This document shows, in pieces, positions 22,701 to 37,700 of a stretch of 64,000 bases of DNA. The notes below the pieces were generated by a model. The model saw nothing but the letters and a program-made list of their open reading frames with translations, was not told the DNA's origin and ran no database searches. Origin of the DNA: Eledone cirrhosa. Its lineage: Eukaryota. The translations under genes were made by a program, and so were the position numbers. The stretch is taken from contig OZ024743.1 of NCBI GenBank assembly GCA_964016885.1, positions 377,084,001 through 377,148,000 of the forward strand. The letters are read 5' to 3'. How positions within the stretch are numbered: the first letter of the stretch is position 1; each line of letters opens with the position of its first letter.

Positions 22701-25700
22701 TCAGTAGTGGACATAATGTAGTCTGTGTTGGCTATTGTAGTCTCGTCATTCAGTAGTGGACATAATGTAGTCTGTGTTGGCTATCGTAGTCTCGTCATTC
22801 AGTAGTGGACATAATGTAGTCTGTGTTGGCTATTGTAGTCTCGTCATTCAGTAGTGGACATAATGTAGTGTGTGTTGGCTATTGTAGTCTCGTCATTCAG
22901 TAGTGGACATAATGTAGTCTGTGTTGGCTATTGTAGTCTCGTCATTCAGTAGTGGACATAATGTAGTGTGTGTTGGCTATTGTAGTCTCGTCATTCAGTA
23001 GTGGACATAATGTAGTGTGTGTTGGCTATTGTAGTCTCGTCATTCAGTAGTGGACATAATGTAGTTGTGTGTTGGCTATTGTAGTCTCGTCATTCAGTAG
23101 TGGACATAATGTAGTGTGTGTTGGCTATTGTAGTCTCGTCATTCAGTAGTGGACATAATGTAGTGTGTGTTGGCTATTGTAGTCTCGTCATTCTGTAGTG
23201 GACATAATGTAGTCTGTGTTGGCTATTGTAGTCTCGTCATTCAGTAGTGGACATAATGTAGTGTGTGTTGGCTATCGTAGTCTCGTCATTCAGTAGTGGA
23301 CTTAATGTAGTCTGTGTTGGCTATTGTGGCCTCGTCATTCAGTAGTGGACATAATGTAGTCTGTGTTGGCTATTGTAGTCTCGTCATTCAGTAGTGGACA
23401 TAATGTAGTGTGTGTTGGCTATTGTAGTCTCGTCATTCAGTAGTGGACATAATGTAGTGTGTGTTGGCTATTGTGGCCTCGTCATTCAGTTGTGGACATA
23501 ATGTAATCTGTTTTGGCTATTGTAGTCTCGTCCTTCAGTAGTGGACATAATGTAGTGTGTGTTGGCTATTGTAGTCTCGTCATTCAGTAGTGGACATAAT
23601 GTAGTGTGTGTTGGCTATTATGGCCTCGTCATTCAGTAGTGGACATAATGTAGTGTGTGTTGGCTAATGTAGTCTCGTCATTCAGTAGTGGACATAATGT
23701 AGTGTGTGTTGGCTGTTGTAGTCTCGTCATTCAGTAGTGGACATAATGTAGTGTGTGTGTTGGCCATTGTAGTCTCGTCATTCAGTAGTGGACATAATGT
23801 AGTGTGTGTTGGCTATTGTAGTCTCGTCATTCAGTAGTGGACATAATGTAGTGTGTGTTGGCTATTGTAGTCTCGTCATTCAGTAGTGGACATAATGTAG
23901 TGTGTGTGTTGGCCATTGTAGTCTCGTCATTCAGTAGTGGACATAATGTAGTGTGTGTTGGCTATTGTGGCCTCGTCATTCAGTAGTGGACATAATGTAG
24001 TCCGTGTTGGCTATTGTAGTCTCGTCATTCAGTAGTGGACATAATGTAGTGTGTGTTGGCTATCGTAGTCTCGTCATTCAGTAGTGGACATAATGTAGTG
24101 TGTGTTGGCTATTGTCGTCTCGTCATTCAGTAGTGGACATAATGTAGTGTGTGTTGGCTATTGTAGTCTCGTCATTCAGTAGTGGACATAATGTAGTGTG
24201 TGTTGGCTATCGTAGTCTCGTCATTCAGTAGTGGACATAATGTAGTGTGTGTTGGCTATTGTCGTCTCGTCATTCAGTAGTGGACATAATGTAGTGTCTG
24301 TTGGCTATTGTCGTCTCGTCATTCAGTAGTGGACATAATGTAGTGTGTGTTGGCTATTGTAGTCTCGTCATTCAGTAGTGGACATAATGTAGTGTGTGTT
24401 GGCTATTGTAGTCTCGTCATTCAGTAGTGGACATAATGTAGTGTGTGTTGGCTATTGTGGCCTCGTCATTCAGTAGTGGACATAATGTAGTGTCTGTTGG
24501 CTATTGTAGTCTCGTCATTCAGTAGTGGACATAATGTAGTCTGTGTTGGCTATTGTAGTCTCGTCATTCAGTAGTGGACATAATGTAGTCTGTGTTGGCT
24601 ATTGTAGTCTCGTCATTCAGTAGTGGACATAATGTAGTCTGTGTTGGCTATTGTAGTCTCGTCATTCAGTAGTGGACATAATGTAGTCTGTGTTGGCTAT
24701 TGTAGTCTCGTCATTCAGTAGTGGACATAATGTAGTCTGTGTTGGCTATTGTAGTCTCGTCATTCAGTAGTGGACATAATGTAGTCTGTGTTGGCTATTG
24801 TAGTCTCGTCATTCAGTAGTGGACATAATGTAGTCTGTGTTGGCTATTGTAGTCTCGTCATTCAGTAGTGGACATAATGTAGTGTGTGTTGGCTATTGTA
24901 GTCTCGTCATTCAGTAGTGGACATAATGTAGTCTGTGTTGGCTATTGTAGTCTCGTCATTCAGTAGTGGACATAATGTAGTGTGTGTTGGCTATTGTAGT
25001 CTCGTCATTCAGTAGTGGACATAATGTAGTCTGTGTTGGCTATTGTAGTCTCGTCATTCAGTAGTGGACATAATGTAGTCTGTGTTGGCTATTGTAGTCT
25101 CGTCATTCAGTAGTGGACATAATGTAGTCTGTGTTGGCTATTGTAGTCTCGTCATTCAGTAGTGGACATAATGTAGTCTGTGTTGGCTATTGTAGTCTCG
25201 TCATTCAGTAGTGGACATAATGTAGTCTGTGTTGGCTATTGTAGTCTCGTCATTCAGTAGTGGACATAATGTAGTCTGTGTTGGCTATTGTAGTCTTGTC
25301 ATTCAGTAGTGGACATAATGTAGTGTGTGTTGGCTATTGTAGTCTCGTCATTCAGTAGTGGACATAATGTAGTCTGTGTTGGCTATTGTAGTCTCGTCAT
25401 TCAGTAGTGGACATAATGTAGTCTGTGTTGGCTATTGTAGTCTCGTCATTCAGTAGTGGACATAATGTAGTCTGTGTTGGCTATTGTAGTCTCGTCATTC
25501 AGTAGTGGACATAATGTAGTCTGTGTTGGCTATTGTAGTCTCGTCATTCAGTAGTGGACATAATGTAGTCTGTGTTGGCTATTGTAGTCTCGTCATTCAG
25601 TAGTGGACATAATGTAGTCTGTGTTGGCTATTGTAGTCTCGTCATTCAGTAGTGGACATAATGTAGTCTGTGTTGGCTATTGTAGTCTCGTCATTCAGTA

Positions 25701-28700
25701 GTGGACATAATGTAGTCTGTGTTGGCTATTGTAGTCTCGTCATTCAGTAGTGGACATAATGTAGTGTGTGTTGGCTTTTGTAGTCTCGTCATTCAGTAGT
25801 GGACATAATGTAGTGTGTGTTGGCTATTGTAGTCTCGTCATTCAGTAGTGGACATAATGTAGTGTGTGTTGGCTATTGTGGCCTCGTCATTCAGTAGTGG
25901 ACATAATGTAGTGTCTGTTGGCTATTGTAGTCTCGTCATTCAGTAGTGGACATAATGTAGTCTGTGTTGGCTATTGTAGTCTCGTCATTCAGTAGTGGAC
26001 ATAATGTAGTCTGTGTTGCCTATTGTAGTCTCGTCATTCAGTAGTGGACATAATGTAGTCTGTGTTGGCTATTGTAGTCTCGTCATTCAGTAGTGGACAT
26101 AATGTAGTCTGTGTTGGCTATTGTAGTCTCGTCATTCAGTAGTGGACATAATGTAATGTGTGTTGGCTATTGTAGTCTCGTCATTCAGTAGTGGACATAA
26201 TGTAGTGTGTGTTGGCTATTGTAGTCTCGTCATTCAGTAGTGGACATAATGTAGTCTGTGTTGGCTATTGTAGTCTCGTCATTCAGTAGTGGACATAATG
26301 TAGTGTGTGTTGGCTATTGTAGTCTCGTCATTCAGTAGTGGACATAATGTAGTCTGTGTTGGCTATTGTAGTCTCGTCATTCAGTAGTGGACATAATGTA
26401 GTCTGTGTTGGCTATTGTAGTCTCGTCATTCAGTAGTGGACATAATGTAGTCTGTGTTGGCTATTGTAGTCTCGTCATTCAGTAGTGGACATAATGTAAT
26501 GTGTGTTGGCTATTGTAGTCTCGTCATTCAGTAGTGGACATAATGTAGTCTGTGTTGGCTATTGTAGTCTCGTCATTCAGTAGTGGACATAATGTAGTCT
26601 GTGTTGGCTATTGTAGTCTCGTCATTCAGTAGTGGACATAATGTAGTGTGTGTTGGCTATTGTAGTCTCGTCATTCAGTAGTGGACATAATGTAGTCTGT
26701 GTTGGCTATTGTAGTCTCGTCATTCAGTAGTGGACATAATGTAGTCTGTGTTGGCTATTGTAGTCTCGTCATTCAGTAGTGGACATAATGTAGTCTGTGT
26801 TGGCTATTGTAGTCTCGTCATTCAGTAGTGGACATAATGTAGTCTGTGTTGGCTATTGTAGTCTCGTCATTCAGTAGTGGACATAATGTAGTGTGTGTTG
26901 GCTATTGTAGTCTCGTCATTCAGTAGTGGACATAATGTAGTCTGTGTTGGCTATTGTAGTCTCGTCATTCAGTAGTGGACATAATGTAGTGTGTGTTGGC
27001 TATTGTAGTCTCGTCATTCAGTAGTGGACATAATGTAGTGTGTGTTGGCTATTCTAGTCTCGTCATTCTGTAGTGGACATAATGTAGTGTGTTGGCTATT
27101 TTAGTCTCGTCATTCAGTAGTGGACATAATGTAGTCTGTGTTGGCTATTCTAGTCTCGTCATTCAGTAGTGGACATAATGTAGTCTGTGTTGGCTATTGT
27201 AGTCTCGTCATTCAGTAGTGGACATAATGTAGTCTGTGTTGGCTATTGTAGTCTCGTCATTCAGTAGTGGACATAATGTAGTCTGTGTTGGCTATTGTAG
27301 TCTCGTCATTCAGTAGTGGACATAATGTAGTCTGTGTTGGCTATTGTAGTCTCGTCATTCAGTAGTGGACATAATGTAGTGTGTGTTGGCTATTGTAGTC
27401 TCGTCATTCAGTAGTGGACATAATGTAGTCTGTGTTGGCTATTGTAGTCTCGTCATTCAGTAGTGGACATAATGTAGTGTGTGTTGGCTATTGTAGTCTC
27501 GTCATTCAGTAGTGGACATAATGTAGTCTGTGTTGGCTATTGTAGTCTCGTCATTCAGTAGTGGACATAATGTAGTCTGTGTTGGCTATTGTAGTCTCGT
27601 CATTCAGTAGTGGACATAATGTAGTCTGTGTTGGCTATTGTAGTCTCGTCATTCAGTAGTGGACATAATGTAGTGTCTGTTGGCTATTGTCGTCTCGTCA
27701 TTCAGTAGTGGACATAATGTAGTGTGTGTTGGCTATTGTAGTCTCGTCATTCAGTAATGGACATAATGTAGTTGTGTGTTGGCTATTGTAGTCTCGTCAT
27801 TCAGTAGTGGACATAATGTAGTGTGTGTTGGCTATCGTAGTCTCGTCATTCAGTAGTGGACATAATGTAGTGTGTGTTGGCTATTGTCGTCTCGTCATTC
27901 AGTAGTGGACATAATGTAGTGTGTGTTGGCTATTGTAGTCTCGTCATTCAGTAGTGGACATAATGTAGTGTGTGTTGGCTATCGTAGTCTCGTCATTCAG
28001 TAGTGGACATAATGTAGTGTGTGTTGGCTATTGTCGTCTCGTCATTCAGTAGTGGACATAATGTAGTGTCTGTTGGCTATTGTCGTCTCGTCATTCAGTA
28101 GTGGACATAATGTAGTGTGTGTTGGCTATTGTAGTCTCGTCATTCAGTAGTGGACATAATGTAGTGTGTGTTGGCTATTGTAGTCTCGTCATTCAGTAGT
28201 GGACATAATGTAGTGTGTGTTGGCTATTGTGGCCTCGTCATTCAGTAGTGGACATAATGTAGTGTCTGTTGGCTATTGTAGTCTCGTCATTCAGTAGTGG
28301 ACATAATGTAGTCTGTGTTGGCTATTGTAGTCTCGTCATTCAGTAGTGGACATAATGTAGTCTGTGTTGGCTATTGTAGTCTCGTCATTCAGTAGTGGAC
28401 ATAATGTAGTCTGTGTTGGCTATTGTAGTCTCGTCATTCAGTAGTGGACATAATGTAGTCTGTGTTGGCTATTGTAGTCTCGTCATTCAGTAGTGGACAT
28501 AATGTAGTCTGTGTTGGCTATTGTAGTCTCGTCATTCAGTAGTGGACATAATGTAGTCTGTGTTGGCTATTGTAGTCTCGTCATTCAGTAGTGGACATAA
28601 TGTAGTCTGTGTTGGCTATTGTAGTCTCGTCATTCAGTAGTGGACATAATGTAGTGTGTGTTGGCTATTGTAGTCTCGTCATTCAGTAGTGGACATAATG

Positions 28701-31700
28701 TAGTCTGTGTTGGCTATTGTAGTCTCGTCATTCAGTAGTGGACATAATGTAGTGTGTGTTGGCTATTGTAGTCTCGTCATTCAGTAGTGGACATAATGTA
28801 GTCTGTGTTGGCTATTGTAGTCTCGTCATTCAGTAGTGGACATAATGTAGTCTGTGTTGGCTATTGTAGTCTCGTCATTCAGTAGTGGACATAATGTAGT
28901 CTGTGTTGGCTATTGTAGTCTCGTCATTCAGTAGTGGACATAATGTAGTCTGTGTTGGCTATTGTAGTCTCGTCATTCAGTAGTGGACATAATGTAGTCT
29001 GTGTTGGCTATTGTAGTCTCGTCATTCAGTAGTGGACATAATGTAGTCTGTGTTGGCTATTGTAGTCTCGTCATTCAGTAGTGGACATAATGTAGTGTGT
29101 GTTGGCTATTGTAGTCTCGTCATTCAGTAGTGGACATAATGTAGTCTGTGTTGGCTATTGTAGTCTCGTCATTCAGTAGTGGACATAATGTAGTCTGTGT
29201 TGGCTATTGTAGTCTCGTCATTCAGTAGTGGACATAATGTAGTCTGTGTTGGCTATTGTAGTCTCGTCATTCAGTAGTGGACATAATGTAGTCTGTGTTG
29301 GCTATTGTAGTCTCGTCATTCAGTAGTGGACATAATGTAGTCTGTGTTGGCTATTGTAGTCTCGTCATTCAGTAGTGGACATAATGTAGTCTGTGTTGGC
29401 TATTGTAGTCTCGTCATTCAGTAGTGGACATAATGTAGTCTGTGTTGGCTATTGTAGTCTCGTCATTCAGTAGTGGACATAATGTAGTCTGTGTTGGCTA
29501 TTGTAGTCTCGTCATTCAGTAGTGGACATAATGTAGTGTGTGTTGGCTTTTGTAGTCTCGTCATTCAGTAGTGGACATAATGTAGTGTGTGTTGGCTATT
29601 GTAGTCTCGTCATTCAGTAGTGGACATAATGTAGTGTGTGTTGGCTATTGTGGCCTCGTCATTCAGTAGTGGACATAATGTAGTGTCTGTTGGCTATTGT
29701 AGTCTCGTCATTCAGTAGTGGACATAATGTAGTCTGTGTTGGCTATTGTAGTCTCGTCATTCAGTAGTGGACATAATGTAGTCTGTGTTGCCTATTGTAG
29801 TCTCGTCATTCAGTAGTGGACATAATGTAGTCTGTGTTGGCTATTGTAGTCTCGTCATTCAGTAGTGGACATAATGTAGTCTGTGTTGGCTATTGTAGTC
29901 TCGTCATTCAGTAGTGGACATAATGTAATGTGTGTTGGCTATTGTAGTCTCGTCATTCAGTAGTGGACATAATGTAGTGTGTGTTGGCTATTGTAGTCTC
30001 GTCATTCAGTAGTGGACATAATGTAGTCTGTGTTGGCTATTGTAGTCTCGTCATTCAGTAGTGGACATAATGTAGTGTGTGTTGGCTATTGTAGTCTCGT
30101 CATTCAGTAGTGGACATAATGTAGTCTGTGTTGGCTATTGTAGTCTCGTCATTCAGTAGTGGACATAATGTAGTCTGTGTTGGCTATTGTAGTCTCGTCA
30201 TTCAGTAGTGGACATAATGTAGTCTGTGTTGGCTATTGTAGTCTCGTCATTCAGTAGTGGACATAATGTAATGTGTGTTGGCTATTGTAGTCTCGTCATT
30301 CAGTAGTGGACATAATGTAGTCTGTGTTGGCTATTGTAGTCTCGTCATTCAGTAGTGGACATAATGTAGTCTGTGTTGGCTATTGTAGTCTCGTCATTCA
30401 GTAGTGGACATAATGTAGTGTGTGTTGGCTATTGTAGTCTCGTCATTCAGTAGTGGACATAATGTAGTCTGTGTTGGCTATTGTAGTCTCGTCATTCAGT
30501 AGTGGACATAATGTAGTCTGTGTTGGCTATTGTAGTCTCGTCATTCAGTAGTGGACATAATGTAGTCTGTGTTGGCTATTGTAGTCTCGTCATTCAGTAG
30601 TGGACATAATGTAGTCTGTGTTGGCTATTGTAGTCTCGTCATTCAGTAGTGGACATAATGTAGTGTGTGTTGGCTATTGTAGTCTCGTCATTCAGTAGTG
30701 GACATAATGTAGTCTGTGTTGGCTATTGTAGTCTCGTCATTCAGTAGTGGACATAATGTAGTGTGTGTTGGCTATTGTAGTCTCGTCATTCAGTAGTGGA
30801 CATAATGTAGTGTGTGTTGGCTATTCTAGTCTCGTCATTCTGTAGTGGACATAATGTAGTGTGTTGGCTATTTTAGTCTCGTCATTCAGTAGTGGACATA
30901 ATGTAGTCTGTGTTGGCTATTCTAGTCTCGTCATTCTGTAGTGGACATAATGTAGTGTGTTGGCTATTGTAGTCTCGTCATTCAGTAGTGGACATAATGT
31001 AGTGTGTGTTGGCTATTGTAGTCTCGTCATTCAGTAATGGACATAATGTAGTGTGTGTTGGCTATTGTAGTCTCGTCATTCAGTAGTGGACATAATGTAG
31101 TGTGTGTTGGCTATTCTAGTCTCGTCATTCTGTAGTGGACATAATGTAGTGTGTTGGCTATTTTAGTCTCGTCATTCTGTAGTGGACATAATGTAGTGTG
31201 TGTTGGCTATTCTAGTCTCGTCATTCTGTAGTGGACATAATGTAGTGTGTTGGCTATTTTAGTCTCGTCATTCTGTAGTGGACATAATGTAGTGTGTTGG
31301 CTATTCTAGTCTCGTCATTCTGTAGTGGACATAATGTAGTGTGTTGGCTATTCTAGTCTCGTCATTCTGTAGTGGACATAATGTAGTGTGTGTTGGCTAT
31401 TGTAGTCTCGTCATTCAGTAGTGGACATAATGTAGTGTGTGTTGGCTATTGTCGTCTCGTCATTCAGTAGTGGACATAATGTAATGTGAGTTGGCTATTG
31501 TAGTCTCGTCATTCAGTAGTGGACATAATGTAGTGTGTGTTGGCTATTGTAGTCTCGTCATTCAGTAGTGGACATAATGTAGTGTGTGTTGGCTATTGTA
31601 GTCTCGTCATTCAGTAGTGGACATAATGTAGTGTGTGTTGGCTATTGTAGTCTCGTCATTCAGTAGTGGACATAATGTAGTGTGTGTTGGCTATTGTAGT

Positions 31701-34700
31701 CTCGTCATTCAGTAGTGGACATAATGTAGTGTGTGTTGGCTATTGTAGTCTCGTCATTCAGTAGTGGACATAATGTAGTGTGTGTTGGCTATTGTAGCCT
31801 CGTCATTCAGTAGTGGACATAATGTAGTGTGTGTTGGCTAATGTAGTCTCGTCATTCAGTAGTGGACATAATGTAGTGTGTTGGCTATTGTGGCCTCGTC
31901 ATTCAGTAGTGGACATAATGTAGTGTGTGTTGGCCATTGTAGTCTCGTCATTCAGTAGTGGACATAATGTAGTGTGTTGGCTATTGTGGCCTCGTCATTC
32001 AGTAGTGGACATAATGTAGTGTGTGTTGGCCATTGTAGTCTCGTCATTCAGTAGTGGACATAATGTAGTGTGTGTTGGCTATTGTGGCCTCGTCATTCAG
32101 TAGTGGACATAATGTAGTGTGTGTTGGCTATTGTAGTCTCCTCATTCAGTAGTGGACATAATGTAGTGTGTGTTGGCTATTGTAGTCTCGTCATTCAGTA
32201 GTGGCCATAATGTAGTGTGTTGGCTATTGTAGCCTCGTCATTCAGTAGTGGACATAATGTAGTGTGTGTTGGCTAATGTAGTCTCGTCATTCAGTAGTGG
32301 ACATAATGTAATCTGTGTTGGCTATTGTAGTCTCGTCATTCAGTAGTGGACATAATGTAGTGTGTGTTGGCTATTGTGGCCTCGTCATTCAGTAGTGGAC
32401 ATAATGTAGTGTGTGTTGGCTATTGTAGTCTGGTCATTCAGTAGTGGACATAATGTAGTCTGTGTTGGCTATTGTGGCCTCGTCATTCAGTAGTGGACAT
32501 AATGTAGTGTGTGTTGGCCATTGTAGTCTCGTCATTCAGTAGTGGACATAATGTAGTCTGTGTTGGCTATTGTGGCCTCGTCATTCAGTAGTGGACATAA
32601 TGTAGTGTGTGTTGGCTATTGTAGTCTCGTCATTCAGTAGTGGACATAATGTAGTGTGTGTTGGCTATTGTAGTCTCGTCATTCTGTAGTGGACATAATG
32701 TAGTGTGTGTTGGCTATCGTAGTCTCGTCATTCAGTAGTGGACATAATGTAGTGTGTTGGCTATTGTAGTCTCGTCATTCAGTAGTGGACATAATGTAGT
32801 GTGTGTTGGCTATCGTAGTCTCGTCATTCAGTAGTGGACATAATGTAGTGTGTGTTGGCTATTGTAGTCTCGTCATTCTGTAGTGGACATAATGTAGTGT
32901 GTGTTGGCTGTTGTAGTCTCGTCTTTCAGTAATGGACATAATGTAGTGTGTGTTGGCTATTGTAGTCTCGTCATTCTGTAGTGGACATAATGTAGTTGTG
33001 TGTTGGCTATTGTAGTCTCGTCATTCTGTAGTGGACATAATGTAGTGTGTGTTGGCTATTGTAGTCTCGTCATTCAGTAGTGGACATAATGTAGTCTGTG
33101 TTGGCTATTGTAGTCTCGTCATTCTGTAGTGGACATAATGTAGTCTGTGTTGGCTATTGTAGTCTCGTCATTCTGTAGTGGACATAATGTAGTCTGTGTT
33201 GGCTATTGTAGTCTCGTCATTCTGTAGTGGACATAATGTAGTGTGTGTTGGCTATTGTAGTCTCGTCATTCAGTAGTGGACATAATGTAGTGTGTGTTGG
33301 CTATTGTAGTCTCGTCATTCAGTAGTGGACATAATGTAGTGTGTGTTGACTATTGTAGTCTCGTCATTCAGTAGTGGACATAATGTAGTGTGTGTTGGCT
33401 ATTGTAGTCTCGTCATTCAGTAGTGGACATAATGTAGTGTGTGTTGGCTATTGTAGTCTCGTCATTCAGTAGTGGACATAATGTAGTGTGTGTTGGCTAT
33501 TGTAGTCTCGTCATTCAGTAGTGGACATGATGTAGTGTGTGTTGGCTATTGTAGTCTCGTCATTCAGTAGTGGACATAATGTAGTGTGTGTTGGCTATTG
33601 TAGTCTCGTCATTCAGTAGTGGACATAATGTAGTGTGTGTTGGCTATTGTAGTCTCGTCCTTCAGTAATGGACATAATGTAGTGTGTGTTGGCTATTGTA
33701 GTCTCGTCATTCAGTAGTGGACATAATGTAGTCTGTGTTGGCTATCGTAGTCTCGTCATTCAGTAGTGGACATAATGTAGTGTGTGTTGGCTATTGTAGT
33801 CTCGTCATTCAGTAGTGGACATAATGTAGTGTGTGTTGGCTATTGTAGTCTCGTCATTCAGTAGTGGACATAATGTAGTGTGTGTTGGCTATTGTAGTCT
33901 CGTCATTCAGTAGTGGACATAATGTAGTCTGTGTTGGCTATCGTAGTCTCGTCATTCAGTAGTGCACATAATGTAGTCTGTGTTGGCTATTGTAGTCTCG
34001 TCATTCAGTAGTGGACATAATGTAATGTGTGTTGGCTATTGTAGTCTCGTCATTCAGTAGTGGACATAATGTAGTCTGTGTTGGCTATTGTAGTCTCGTC
34101 ATTCAGTAGTGGACATAATGTATTGTGTGTTGGCTATTGTAGTCTCGTCATTCAGTAGTGGACATAATGTAGTCTGTGTTGGCTATTGTAGTCTCGTCAT
34201 TCAGTAGTGGACATAATGTAATGTGTGTTGGCTATTGTAGTCTCGTCATTCAGTAGTGGACATAATGTAGTGTGTGTTGGCTATTGTAGTCTCGTCATTC
34301 AGTAGTGGACATAATGTAGTGTGTGTTGGCTATTGTAGTACGTCATTCAGTAGTGGACATAATGTAGTCTGTGTGGGCTATTGTAGTCTCGTCATTCAGT
34401 AGTGGACATAATGTGATCTGTTTTGGCTATAGTAGTCTCGTGATTCAGTAGTGGACATAATGTAGTGTGTGTTGGCTATTGTATTCTCGTCATTCTGTAG
34501 TGGACATAATGTAGTGTGTGTTGGCTATTGTGGCCTCGTCATTCAGTAGTAGACATAATGTAGTGTGTGTTGGCTATTGTAGTCTCGTCATTCAGTAGTG
34601 GACATAATGTAGTGTGTGTTGGCTATTGTGGCCTCGTCATTCAGTAGTGGACATAATGTGATCTGTTTTGGCTATTGTAGTCTCGTCATTCAGTAGTGGA

Positions 34701-37700
34701 CATAATGTGATCTGTTTTGGCTATTGTAGTCTCGTCATTCAGTAGTGGACATAATGTAGTGTGTGTTGGCTATTGTATTCTCGTCATTCTGTAGTGGACA
34801 TAATGTAGTGTGTGTTGGCTATTGTAGTCTCGTCATTCAGTAGTGGACATGATGTAGTCTGTGTTAGCTATTGTAGTCTCGTCATTCAGTAGTGGACATA
34901 ATGTAATGTGTGTTGGATATTGTAGTCTCGTCATTCAGTAGTGGACATAATGTAGTGTGTGTTGGCTATTGTAGTCTCGTCATTCAGTAGTGGACATAAT
35001 GTAATCTGTGTTGGCTATTGTAGTCTCGTCATTCAGTAGTGGACATAATGTAGTGTGTGTTGGCTATTGTAGTCTCGTCATTCAGTAGTGGACATAATGT
35101 AGTGTGTGTTGGCTATTGTAGTCTCGTCATTCAGTAGTGGACATAATGTAGTGTGTGTTGGCTATTGTAGTCTCGTCATTCAGTAGTGGACATAATGTAG
35201 TGTGTGTTGGCTATTGTAGTCTCGTCATTCAGTAGTGGACATAATGTAGTGTGTGTTGGCTATTGTAGTCTCGTCATTCAGTAGTGGACATAATGTAGTG
35301 TGTGTTGGCTATTGTAGTCTCGTCATTCAGTAGTGGACATAATGTAGTGTGTGTTGGCTATTGTAGTCTCGTCATTTTGTAGTGGACATAATGTAGTGTG
35401 TGTTGGCTATTGTAGTCTCGTCATTTTGTAGTGGACATAATGTAGTGTGTGTTGGCTATTGTAGTCTCGTCATTTTGTAGTGGACATAATGTAGTGTGAG
35501 TTGGCTATTGTAGTCTCGTCATTCAGTAGTGGACATAATGTAGTGTGAGTTGGCTATTGTAGTCTCGTCATTCAGTTGTGGACATAATGTAGTGTGTGTT
35601 GGCTATTGTAGTCTCGTCATTCAGTAGAGGACATAATGTAGTCTGTGTTGGCTATTGTAGTCTCGTCATTCAGTAGTGGACATAATGTAGTGTGAGTTGG
35701 CTATTGTAGTCTCGTCATTCAGTAGTGGACATAATGTAGTGTGAGTTGGCTATTGTAGTCTCGTAATTCAGTAGTGGACATAATGTAATGTGTGTTGGCT
35801 ATTGTAGTCTCGTCATTCAGTCGTGGACATATGTAGTGTGTGTTGGCTATTGTAGTCTCGTCATTCAGTAGTGGACATAATGTAGTGTGTGTTGGCTATT
35901 GTAGTCTCGTCATTCAGTAGTGGACATAATGTAGTGTGTGTTGGCTATTGTAGTCTCGTCATTCAGTAGTGGACATAATGTAGTGTGTGTTGGCTATTGT
36001 AGTCTCGTCATTCAGTAGTGGACATAATGTAGTGTGAGTTGGCTATTGTAGTCTCGTCATTCAGTAGTGGACATAATGTAGTGTGTGTTGGCTATTGTAG
36101 TCTCGTCATTCAGTAGAGGACATAATGTAGTCTGTGTTGGCTATTGTAGTCTCGTCATTCAGTAGTGGACATAATGTAGTGTGAGTTGGCTATTGTAGTC
36201 TCGTCATTCAGTAGTGGACATAATGTAATGTGTGTTGGCTATTGTAGTCTCGTCATTCAGTCGTGGACATATGTAGTGTGTGTTGGCTATTGTAGTCTCG
36301 TCATTCAGTAGTGGACATAATGTAGTCTGTGTTGGCTATTGTAGTCTCGTCATTCAGTAGAGGACATAATGTAATGTGTGTTGACTATTGTAGTCTCGTC
36401 ATTCTGTAGTGGACATAATGTAGTGTGTGTTGGCTATTGTAGTCTCGTCATTCAGTAGTGGACATAATGTAGTGTGTGTTGGATATTGTAGTCTCGTCAT
36501 TCTGTAGTGGACATAATGTAGTGTGTGTTGGCTATTGTAGTCTCGTCATTCAGTAGTGGACATAATGTAGTGTGTGTTGGCTATTGTAGTCTCGTCATTC
36601 AGTAGTGGACATAATGTACTGTGTGTTGGCTATTGTAGTCTCGTCATTCAGTAGTGGACATAATGTAGTGTGTGTTGGCTATTGTAGTCTCGTCATTCAG
36701 TAGCGGACATAATGTAGTGTGAGTTGGCTATTGTAGTCTCGTCATTCAGTAGAGGACATAATGTAATGTGTGTTGGCTATTGTAGTCTCGTCATTCTGTA
36801 GTGGACATAATGTAGTGTGTGTTGGCTATTGTAGTCTCGTCATTCTGTAGTGGACATAATGTAGTGTGTGTTGGCTATTGTAGTCTCGTCATTCTGTAGT
36901 AGACATAATGTAGTGTGTGTTGGCTATTGTAGTCTCGTCATTCTGTAGTGGACATAATGTAGTGTGTGTTGGCTATTGTAGTCTCCTCATTCAGTAGTGG
37001 ACATATTGTAGTGTGTGTTGGCTATTGTAGTCTCGTCATTCTGTAGTGGACATAATGTAGTGTGTGTTGGCTATTGTAGTCTCCTCATTCAGTAGTTGAC
37101 ATATTGTAGTGTGTGTTGGCTATTGTAGTCTCGTCATTCTGTAGTGGACATAATGTAGTGTGTGTTGGCTATTGTAGTCTCATCATTCAGTAGTGGACAT
37201 AATGTAGTGTGTGTTGGCTATTGTAGTCTCCTCATTCAGTAGTGGACATATTGTAGTGTGTGTTGGCTATTGTAGTCTCGTCATTCTGTAGTGGACATAA
37301 TGTAGTGTGTGTTGGCTATTGTAGTCTCGTCATTCAGTAGTGGACATATTGTAGTGTGTGTTGGCTATTGTAGTCTCGTCATTCAGTAGTGGACATATTG
37401 TAGTGTGTGTTGGCTATTGTAGTCTCATCATTCAGTAGTGGACATAATGTAGTGTGTGTTGGCTATTGTAGTCTCATCATTCAGTAGTGGACATAATGTA
37501 GTGTGTGTTGGCTATTGTAGTCTCGTCATTCAGTAGTGGACATAATGTAGTGTGTGTTCGCTATTGTAGTCTCATCATTCAGTAGTGGACATAATGTAGT
37601 GTGTGTTTGCTATTGTAGTCTCGTCATTCAGTTGTGGACATAATGTAGTGTGTTGGCTATTGTGGCCTCGTCATTCAGTAGTGGACATAACGTAGTGTGT

